From assembly GCA_028714875.1 (NCBI GenBank), contig JAQTLN010000015.1:25020-89019 (forward strand): a stretch of 64,000 bases of DNA, in the 5' to 3' direction. Below the pieces are notes generated by a model. The model was not told where the DNA came from. It saw only the letters and a list, made by a program, of their open reading frames with translations, and did not search any database. The stretch comes from Gallionellaceae bacterium (GTDB lineage: Bacteria; Pseudomonadota; Gammaproteobacteria; Burkholderiales; Thiobacillaceae). A program made the position numbers and the translations under genes. Shown piece by piece: positions 40,360-48,097 of the stretch. The first letter of the stretch is position 1; the number at the start of each line of letters is the position of its first letter.

Positions 40360-40817
40360 AACGAGGCCTCTTCCAATATCGCCAGGTAATCATTTTTCAG
40401 TTCCTGGCACTCGCCATGCAGGGCCGGCACGTTTTGCGAGACCCAGGCCGGATTGACCGCGATCAGATCCACCCCGCTCGGCGTTTCCACCAGGGTGACG
40501 CGGCAGGGCATCAATTGCGTGGCGCGCGGGTCCAGGCGCAGGACGCGGTCCATCTTGGCGAAATTGCAGAAGTACACCAGGCGCACCGAGCGCACTTCCC
40601 GCGCATAGGGCACCAGGCGGCTATCGATGGCCTGCTGCCGCACGAAGGTGTAGTTGTGGGCGACGATCGCCTGGCCCAGCGCGGCCACGGCTTGCTCCAT
40701 GTTCCTGCCCTGCGCGGAGGCGGTGAGCAACATCGGCTCAGGTTCGGCGGCCGGCGCCATCCGCGCCAGCGCAAACAAGAACAGGACCAGCAAGAAGTAA
40801 GGGATACGTTTTGTCAT
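40356..40817 (-). CDS. secreted DUF302-like protein (153 aa), paralog of the downstream gene
   Basis: Start MTKRIPYFLLVLFLFALARMAPAA at 40817 with an AGGAGG RBS. Core ...HNYTFVRQQAID...VRLVYFCN...MPCRVTLVETPSGVDLIAVNP. Confidence 0.68.
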   Translation of the reverse strand: MTKRIPYFLLVLFLFALARMAPAAEPEPMLLTASAQGRNMEQAVAALGQAIVAHNYTFVRQQAIDSRLVPYAREVRSVRLVYFCNFAKMDRVLRLDPRATQLMPCRVTLVETPSGVDLIAVNPAWVSQNVPALHGECQELKNDYLAILEEASL

Positions 40818-41003
40818 GAAACCTCCTGTCAGCATCGGGATGATCGCGACGGTTAGATCATCCCACGCTCAGGTTTCAGCAAGTCGTGTGCCAGGCCATC
40901 GGCACAGCGAAGGCGGCGAAGTGGGGTGTTGGCGCGACAAGGGGCCAGGTTTCAGCTCATTTTGCGTTAGCCGGTGCCGGGGTGGATACCATTCCCCCAG
41001 GCG

Positions 41004-41169
41004 CTAGTGGTCTGCTTCCGAAATGGCGTGACTGATGAAACGGATGGATTTTTTCGCGGGGCAAGGCGCGAGGAGGCGCCATAGCCCGGACTATGACAAC
41101 GACGAGCAACGCCGCCACGCGGAAAAAGGCGCCGTTTCATGTTGCGCTATTTCGGAAGCAGACCACTAG
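41004..41169. repeat. 166-nt long imperfect hairpin / MITE-like element with perfect 21-bp termini
   Basis: CTAGTGGTCTGCTTCCGAAAT (41004..41024) and ATTTCGGAAGCAGACCACTAG (41149..41169). Further inward pairings: ATGAAACGG/CCGTTTCAT and TTTTTCGCG/CGCGGAAAAA. Confidence 0.7.
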
Positions 41170-41236
41170 ACAGCCTGACGGCCGGCGGGGGCGCTTGGCG
41201 GTTAGAATGCCGGGCGTTTTCCCACCAGGCCCGATC

Positions 41237-42301
<1,065 letters not shown>

Positions 42302-42330
42302 GCGGCCCGCGCGCGGGCCGCCCCGCAACG

Positions 42331-42370
42331 GGCATGAAAAAAGGCGGGCATGCCCGCCTTTTTTCATGCC
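42331..42370. terminator. bidirectional rho-independent terminator (perfect 40-bp palindrome)
   Basis: GGCATGAAAAAAGGCGGGCA/TGCCCGCCTTTTTTCATGCC between the convergent hemE and H1-like genes. Confidence 0.85.
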
Positions 42371-42382
42371 CGGAAGCGACGG

Positions 42383-43003
42383 TTAACTCGCCTTCTTGGC
42401 CACCGGCTTTTTCGCCACCGCCTTCTTGACGGCGGTAGCAGCTTTCGGCGCGGCGGCTTTCACAGGCGCCGCTTTGGCGGCTACCTTGGGCGTGGCTACT
42501 TTCTTCACGGCAACGGGAGCTTTCGCCACAGCAGCCTTCTTTACCGCGGCCGGTTTTGCCGCGGTGGTTTTAGCGGCGGCGGCAGGCTTGGTGGCTTTCG
42601 GCGCGGCAACGACTTTCTTGGCTGGCGCGGCCGCCTCCGCGGCGGGTTTCTTCACCGCGGCGACGGCTTTGGCTGCCGCGACCTTCGTGGCGGCTTTCTT
42701 GACCGGGGCCTTGGCGGGGGTGGCTGCCTTCTTGACGGTGGTCGCCGCTTTCGACGCGGCGGCTTTCACCGGAGCCGCTTTGGCGGCCACCTTGGGCGCG
42801 GCGACCTTCTTCGCGGCGGCGGGGGCGGCTTTCGCCGGGGCCTTGGCCACGGCCGCTTTCTTGGCCGGCGCCTTCGCGGGCGCGGCGGTGACGGGTACTG
42901 CCGCTACCACGGCCTTGGTGGTCTTCGTGGCCTTGCCGGCTGGCTTGGCGGTAGTTTTGGCCGCGGGTTTGGCAACTGCTTTGGCGGGTTTCTCGGCGGG
43001 CAT
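42383..43003 (-). CDS. histone H1-like Ala/Lys/Pro-repeat nucleoid protein (AlgP / BpH1-like)
   Basis: 206 aa consisting almost entirely of AKKxA/KPAA repeats. AGAGGAG RBS, and a terminator downstream. The two plus-strand ORFs here are shadows of the repeat. Confidence 0.8.
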   Translation of the reverse strand: MPAEKPAKAVAKPAAKTTAKPAGKATKTTKAVVAAVPVTAAPAKAPAKKAAVAKAPAKAAPAAAKKVAAPKVAAKAAPVKAAASKAATTVKKAATPAKAPVKKAATKVAAAKAVAAVKKPAAEAAAPAKKVVAAPKATKPAAAAKTTAAKPAAVKKAAVAKAPVAVKKVATPKVAAKAAPVKAAAPKAATAVKKAVAKKPVAKKAS

Positions 43004-43094
43004 GTCTGACTCCTCTGGGGGATGACTGGAAACGTCTGAAAAGCCTTATGCCTCAAGCAGTTCCGTGAATTTGAGGCGTGCGCGGATTGTGCGC

Positions 43095-43135
43095 AAAAAA
43101 AAGCGCGCCCGGCAAGGCCGAAGCGCGCTTTTTCG
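43095..43135. terminator. bidirectional terminator downstream of lysA
   Basis: AAAAAAAAGCGCGC-loop-GCGCGCTTTTT, with A and T tracts on both sides. Confidence 0.7.
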
Positions 43136-43151
43136 CGGGTTTTTCGCCTGT

Positions 43152-44423
43152 TTATCCGGTTTTTTCCGCCCTCAACACCCGTTCGTGCTGAAACAGTGCC
43201 GCCAACGGCTCGCGCTCCCGCACCAGATGGCAGTCGCCGCCATCCACCATGACCTCGGCGGCGCGCGGTCGGGTGTTGTAGTTGGAGCTCATGCTCATGC
43301 CGTAAGCGCCGGCCGAACAGATGGCCAGGAGGTCGTCCTCGGCAAGCGCCAGATCGCGGTCGTGGCCGAGAAAATCGCCGCTTTCGCAGACCGGGCCGAC
43401 GATGGCGTAGCTATGGGTTTCCCCCTGGCGTTCCCGCACCGGCAGGATGTCGTGCCAGGCGTCATAGAGCGCCGGGCGCATGAGGTCGTTCATGGCGGCA
43501 TCGACGATGGCGAAATCCTTGGTTTCGCCATGCTTGAGGTATTCCACCCGGGTGAGCAGCCAGCCGGCATTGCCGACCAGGGAACGGCCGGGTTCGACGA
43601 TCAGGCTCTCGCCACGGTGCGACAGCCGCTTCAGCAGCACACGCGCGTAGTCGTCCAGGGCCGGCGGCGTTTCGTCGCGATAACGAATGCCGACGCCGCC
43701 GCCGATGTCGATATGTTCGAGCTGGATGCCGCTCGCCTTCAGCGCGTCGACCAGTTCCAGCACCCGCTCCAGCGCCTCGGCGAAGGGCGCGATCTCGGTC
43801 AGCTGGGAGCCGATGTGGCAGTCGATGCCGATCACTCGCAAATGTGGCAGCGCCGCCGCCTCACGATAGACGCGCAGGGCCTGGTCATGGGCGATGCCGA
43901 ACTTGTTGCCCTTGAGGCCGGTGGAAATGTAGGGGTGGGTCTTGGCGTCCACGTCCGGATTGACGCGCAGGCTGATTGGCGCCGTCACCCCGAGTTCGCC
44001 GGCCACCTGGTTCAGGCGCAGCAGCTCGCTTTCCGATTCCACGTTGAAGCAATGGATACCGGCCACCAGGGCCGCGCGCATTTCCTCGGCGCGTTTGCCG
44101 ACCCCGGAAAACACCACTTTCCCGGCATCGCCACCGGCCGCCAGCACGCGCGCCAGTTCGCCGCCGGAAACGATGTCGAAACCGGCGCCCAGGCGCGCGA
44201 ACAGGTTGAGGATGGCGAGGCTGGCGTTGGCCTTCACCGCATAGCAGATCAGGTGCGGATGCGCGGCCAGCGCCTGGTCATAGGCGTGATAGGCGGTTTC
44301 CAGCGCGGCGCGGGAATAGACGTAACAGGGGGTGGCGAATTCGCCGGCGATGGCGTCCAGCGGCACGTCTTCGACATGAAGCACGCCGTCGCGGCGGTTC
44401 AGTGGGGTACTGACAGGGTTCAT
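43152..44423 (-). CDS. lysA: diaminopimelate decarboxylase
   Basis: 423 aa. Start MNPVSTPLNRRDGVLHVEDV at 44423. PLP lysine in CYAVKAN. The track ORF is 5'-extended through lptM and REP C4. Confidence 0.93.
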   Translation of the reverse strand: MNPVSTPLNRRDGVLHVEDVPLDAIAGEFATPCYVYSRAALETAYHAYDQALAAHPHLICYAVKANASLAILNLFARLGAGFDIVSGGELARVLAAGGDAGKVVFSGVGKRAEEMRAALVAGIHCFNVESESELLRLNQVAGELGVTAPISLRVNPDVDAKTHPYISTGLKGNKFGIAHDQALRVYREAAALPHLRVIGIDCHIGSQLTEIAPFAEALERVLELVDALKASGIQLEHIDIGGGVGIRYRDETPPALDDYARVLLKRLSHRGESLIVEPGRSLVGNAGWLLTRVEYLKHGETKDFAIVDAAMNDLMRPALYDAWHDILPVRERQGETHSYAIVGPVCESGDFLGHDRDLALAEDDLLAICSAGAYGMSMSSNYNTRPRAAEVMVDGGDCHLVREREPLAALFQHERVLRAEKTG

Positions 44424-44545
44424 TTTGTGGATTGCGCGGGTTGCGTGGTTTGCGCGGGCGTGGCCGCGTCGGGCAGATACAAGGCGCCTTTCTTGCCGCA
44501 GCCGGCGAGGAAAAACAGCGCGAGGAGAATGGTCAGAAAGCGCAT
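44420..44545 (-). CDS. lptM: small lipoprotein LptM (YifL family), 41 aa, absent from the ORF track
   Basis: My translation: MRFLTILLALFFLAGCGKKGALYLPDAATPAQTTQPAQSTK. Lipobox LAGC plus the conserved GCGxKGxLYLP motif. ATGA overlap with the lysA start. Confidence 0.85.
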   Translation of the reverse strand: MRFLTILLALFFLAGCGKKGALYLPDAATPAQTTQPAQSTK

Positions 44546-44586
44546 GGGAAGCCTTTAACGTGAACTTCGCGCAGCGAAGCTCGAAG

Positions 44587-44630
44587 CTCCCCTCTCCCGT
44601 GGACGGGAGAGGGGTTGGGGGTGAGGGAAC
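44587..44630. repeat. REP family C unit C4
   Basis: CTCCCCTCTCCCGTGGACGGGAGAGGGGTTGGGGGTGAGGGAAC in the divergent lptM/cyaY spacer. Confidence 0.85.
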
Positions 44631-44702
44631 GGGCATGGCGCGAGAAGTTCACGTTTCGCGGTAGAGCCGGCCCATGCCCGTTAAAATGGCGAAAAGTCTA
44701 GC

Positions 44703-45026
44703 ATGGAGCACCCAATGACCGAGAGCGAGTACAGCCACCTGGCCGACGCCACCCTGAACCGTCTGGAAGCGGCCCTGGACGCAGCCGAAATCGACTACGA
44801 ACGGGCGGCCGGCGGCGTGCTCGAAATCGAATTCGATGACAGATCGGTGATCGTGGTGAACAAGCAGGCGGCGGCCCAGGAAATCTGGGTGGCGGCGAAA
44901 AGCGGCGGCTTCCATTACCGCTGGGATGCCGCCGCCTGGCGCGACACCCGTGGCGGCGAGGAGTTGTTCGCCGCGCTGGCGCGGCTGGCCTCGGCGCAGT
45001 CCGGCGAACCCGTTGAACTGAGTTGA
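44703..45026 (+). CDS. cyaY: frataxin-like iron-sulfur cluster assembly protein CyaY
   Basis: 107 aa. ...YERAAGGVLEIEFDDRSVIVVNKQAAAQEIWVAAKSGGFHY... Divergent from lptM-lysA. The start could be M5. Confidence 0.88.
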   Translation: MEHPMTESEYSHLADATLNRLEAALDAAEIDYERAAGGVLEIEFDDRSVIVVNKQAAAQEIWVAAKSGGFHYRWDAAAWRDTRGGEELFAALARLASAQSGEPVELS

Positions 45027-45055
45027 GCAAGGATGACGCGGTGACGGAGCCGACC

Positions 45056-45610
45056 ATGGACGAACAATCCCTGTTCCAACAATTGCCTGAACTGGTGGGC
45101 CAGCTTGGGGTGGAGCATGTCAAACCGCTGCTGGATCGCATCACGGTGCGGACCTTGTCCGATGGCGAGGTTCTTCTCCATGACCAGGCGCCGATCGACG
45201 CGCTGTATCTGGTGCTCTCGGGCCGTCTGCGGCTGTCCATCGAGTTTGCCGACCATGCCATCCAGTTGGGTGAAATCGGTCCGGGCAACTGGGTCGGTGA
45301 AGTCGGCTATTTCAGCGGCGTGCATCTCGCGTCCAGCAGCGTCACCGCCTGTGGCGATACCGAAGTCGCCCGCCTGGCCTACCGGGATTTCGACGCGCTG
45401 CTGGACGACGATTCGGTCGCGGTGTGCCGCCTGACCCACGGTTTCATTCAGATGTTGATGCGACGCCTGGCGGTGACCGCGAACAATCCCATCATCGACC
45501 CGCAAGGCGAGATGCTGCTACTGGGCGACCTTTCCGTGCCCTGGGCGGATCTGGCGCAGAGCCCCCACGGCGTGGTGGATTTCCTCAAGACCTTGCTGGG
45601 AGTGCACTGA
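45056..45610 (+). CDS. stand-alone cyclic-nucleotide-binding (cNMP/CAP effector) domain protein
   Basis: Beta-roll pattern: GEVLLHDQAPIDALYLVLSGRLRLSI...GPGNWVGEVGYF. No DNA-binding domain is visible. The track start at 45023 is a TTG overlapping the cyaY stop; the ATG at 45056 has a GGAG RBS. Confidence 0.72.
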   Translation: MDEQSLFQQLPELVGQLGVEHVKPLLDRITVRTLSDGEVLLHDQAPIDALYLVLSGRLRLSIEFADHAIQLGEIGPGNWVGEVGYFSGVHLASSSVTACGDTEVARLAYRDFDALLDDDSVAVCRLTHGFIQMLMRRLAVTANNPIIDPQGEMLLLGDLSVPWADLAQSPHGVVDFLKTLLGVH

Positions 45611-46095
45611 TGCTATTGCGTAACTTTCTGCGCAACCTGCCGAGCTTCCAGTACATGGCGGAAGCCGATGTCGATCACGTCGCCGCCGCCATGCGCGTGG
45701 ACGACTACCCCGATCAGCATGTGTTCATCTACCAGGAACGGCTCAACAAGGACCTGTTCCTGTTGCTCGATGGCACGGTGAAGGTCTGCCACTACGGCAA
45801 CGGCGGCCGCTACTACACCCTGAAGACCCTGCAACCGGGTGAATTCTTCGGCATTCCCTCGATTTCACAGGGTATCCCCTCCCTCACCAGTTGCCAGTCG
45901 AGCGGGCCGGTGAAAGTCGCCAGCCTGCCGTTTTCCGCCTACATGCTGCTGTATCAGCCGGATTCCGACATCGGTTGCCGCTTCCAGTTCGTCATCGCCA
46001 GTCAACTGGCGCGCGACCTGCACGACCGCCACGACGCCTTGCGCAACTTGTTGGCGCAGGTTTACGGGGACAAGAGCGGGAAGATCGTGGCGTAA
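45610..46095 (+). CDS. second stand-alone cNMP-binding domain protein
   Basis: 161 aa from MLLRNFLRNLPSFQYMAEADVDHVA...FLLLDGTVKV...LQPGEFFG. TGATG overlap with the upstream gene. Confidence 0.72.
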   Translation: MLLRNFLRNLPSFQYMAEADVDHVAAAMRVDDYPDQHVFIYQERLNKDLFLLLDGTVKVCHYGNGGRYYTLKTLQPGEFFGIPSISQGIPSLTSCQSSGPVKVASLPFSAYMLLYQPDSDIGCRFQFVIASQLARDLHDRHDALRNLLAQVYGDKSGKIVA

Positions 46096-46130
46096 GGCGT
46101 TGTGTGGGGGATGCGCGGCCGCCTCACCAT

Positions 46131-47318
46131 TCAGCGCAGCTTGATCTCGGTCCAGACTCGGTTCAGCACCCGGCGGCTTCTTCGGTCCAGGTCGCGCAGC
46201 ATTTCCAGGCGGCCTAGCGCGGCGCGGTCCGGGAAGATGGCCGGGTCGGCGGCGATGTCGGGGCGGATATGGCTGGTGGCGGCGCGGTTGGGGTTGCCGG
46301 AGCCGATCAGGTTGGTGAGTTCGGCGGAGTTTTCGCCGCGCAGCATGAAGTTGATGAAGCGCAGGGCGAGTTCCGGGTGGCGGCCGGTCTTGTGCAGCAC
46401 CATCGAATCCAGCGCCAGCACCGCGCCTTCCTTCGGGATGCTGGCGGCGATGTTGAAGCCGCGCCGGGCTTTCACGGCGTCGGCGTTGGCCTGGAACATG
46501 TCGTTGGAGTAGCCGTGCGCGACCCAGATGTTGCCCAGGGTCAGTTCCTTGATGTAGCTGGAGGCGTTGAACGCCGCCCAGTAGGGCTTGGCGCGCAGGA
46601 TCAGGTCGCGCGCCTGTTTCCATTTGCGTTCGTCACTGTCGTTGACCGAATAGCCCAGGTACTTCATCGCCGCGCCGATCAATTCCCGCTGTGAATCCAG
46701 CACCGTGACGCGGCCCTTGAGCTTTTCCAGGTATTTCGGCTCGAAGATCAGCGCCCAGGTGTCGGTGGGCAGGCCGAGTTCCTCCAGCTTGCGGCTGTTG
46801 TAGCCGAGCAGGGTGATCGTGTAGGCATAGGGCACGGAATAGCGGTTGCCGGGATCGAAGAAGGCGCCGAGGAATTCCGGTTTGAGATTCCTGAAGTTGC
46901 CCAGGCGCGCGGTGTCGATCGGGCGCAACTGTTTCGAGCGCAGCAGCGCCTCGACGGCATAGCCGGTGGGCACGACCAGGTCGTAGCCGCTCGCCCCCGC
47001 CGCCAGCTTGGCCAGCATTTCCTCGTTGTCGGAGTAATAGTCCCGCACCACTTGGCAGCCGCATTCGGCTTCGAAGCGGGTGACGGTGGCGTCGGAGATG
47101 TAGTTGTTCCAGTTGTAGAGGTAGAGCGTGTCGGCGGCCTGGACGGGTGCGCTCATGAACGTGGCCAGCGTGATCGCGAGTGCGCGCGCGGCTCCCTCAC
47201 CCCCGCCCCTCTCCCGGGGGGAGAGGGGTTCTGGCTCCCTTCCTCCGCCGGGGGAAGGACTGGGGATGAGGGAGCCGCGCCAGCCTATCCAACGCCGCAT
47301 CCAGCGCAGCCACCCCAT
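46131..47318 (-). CDS. potD: spermidine/putrescine-binding periplasmic protein (PotD/PotF family) with a repeat-expanded signal peptide
   Basis: The mature part ADTLYLYNWNNYISD... is typical of the family. The ATG at 47318 (or GTG at 47321) overlaps the potC stop. Residues 16-44 of the precursor are encoded by REP C5. Confidence 0.85.
   Translation of the reverse strand: MGWLRWMRRWIGWRGSLIPSPSPGGGREPEPLSPRERGGGEGAARALAITLATFMSAPVQAADTLYLYNWNNYISDATVTRFEAECGCQVVRDYYSDNEEMLAKLAAGASGYDLVVPTGYAVEALLRSKQLRPIDTARLGNFRNLKPEFLGAFFDPGNRYSVPYAYTITLLGYNSRKLEELGLPTDTWALIFEPKYLEKLKGRVTVLDSQRELIGAAMKYLGYSVNDSDERKWKQARDLILRAKPYWAAFNASSYIKELTLGNIWVAHGYSNDMFQANADAVKARRGFNIAASIPKEGAVLALDSMVLHKTGRHPELALRFINFMLRGENSAELTNLIGSGNPNRAATSHIRPDIAADPAIFPDRAALGRLEMLRDLDRRSRRVLNRVWTEIKLR
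47191..47275. repeat. REP family C composite element C5 (inside the potD 5' coding region)
   Basis: GCTCCCTCACCCCCGCCCCTCTCCCGGGGGGAGAGGGG...GGGGAAGGACTGGGGATGAGGGAGC. Confidence 0.85.
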
Positions 47319-48097
47319 CACTCGCCCCCCTTCATGAAGCCCTTGTCCAGCCGCGACGCAACGACCACCAACACCAGGGTCAGCAGCATGAGCAGGGTGG
47401 AGACGGCATTCACTTCCGGCGTCACCGCGATCTTGATCATCGAATAGATTTGCAAGGGCAGGGTCGAGACGCCCACGCCGGCGGTGAAGAAGGTGATGAC
47501 GAAGTCGTCGATGGAGAGGGTGAATGACATCAAAAAGCCGGCCACCACCGCCGGCAGGATCAGCGGGAAGGTGACCAGGCGGAAGGTCTGCCAGGGCGAG
47601 GCGCCGAGGTCGCGCGCCGCCTCGAAAATGCTTTCATCCATGCCGGCAAGGCGGGCCCGGACGATGATGGCGACGAAGCCGATGGAAAAGGTGATGTGCG
47701 CCAGCACCACCGAAAGCAGGCCCAGGGTGAGGTGCAGCACCTGGATGAAGAACACCAGCAGCGACACACCCAGCAGGATTTCCGGCATCGCCACCGGGGT
47801 GATGACCAGCAGCGGCAGCCAGCGCGGGCGGTAACGGTGGATGGCCAGCCCGGCCAGGGTACCGAGAATGGTGGCGCAGGTGCTGGCGACCAGGGCGATG
47901 AACAGCGAGTTGCGCGCCGCCAACAGCATTTCCGCGTCGTTGAACAGCACCCGATACCACGCAAAAGTGAAGCCCACCCATTCGGCGTTGAGGCGCGAGT
48001 CGTTGAAGGAATACGCCACCACTACCAGCAGCGGCACATAGAGGAAGGCGAAGGTGGCGCCCGCCGCCAGCTTCAACCAGAGGGGCAGCTTACGCAT
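47318..48097 (-). CDS. potC: polyamine ABC transporter permease PotC-like
   Basis: 259 aa, 6 TM. EAA-like loop ESIFEAARDLGASPWQTFRLVTFPL. Confidence 0.88.
   Translation of the reverse strand: MRKLPLWLKLAAGATFAFLYVPLLVVVAYSFNDSRLNAEWVGFTFAWYRVLFNDAEMLLAARNSLFIALVASTCATILGTLAGLAIHRYRPRWLPLLVITPVAMPEILLGVSLLVFFIQVLHLTLGLLSVVLAHITFSIGFVAIIVRARLAGMDESIFEAARDLGASPWQTFRLVTFPLILPAVVAGFLMSFTLSIDDFVITFFTAGVGVSTLPLQIYSMIKIAVTPEVNAVSTLLMLLTLVLVVVASRLDKGFMKGGE

Noticed and set aside
40870-40956. Exact 11-nt direct repeat CAGGTTTCAGC at 40870..40880 and 40946..40956, upstream of the DUF302 genes
   Set aside because: It is too short to exclude chance and has no dyad symmetry or recognisable box. It is only worth revisiting if phylogenetic footprinting supports it.
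42350-43025. Plus-strand ORFs 42350..43009 and 42396..43025 over the AKP-repeat gene
   Set aside because: These are mirror frames of a low-complexity repeat. Only the minus-strand frame has an RBS, an ATG and a terminator in a consistent arrangement, and only it resembles known H1-like proteins.
43065-44558. 497-aa plus-strand ORF opposite lysA
   Set aside because: It is a shadow of lysA.
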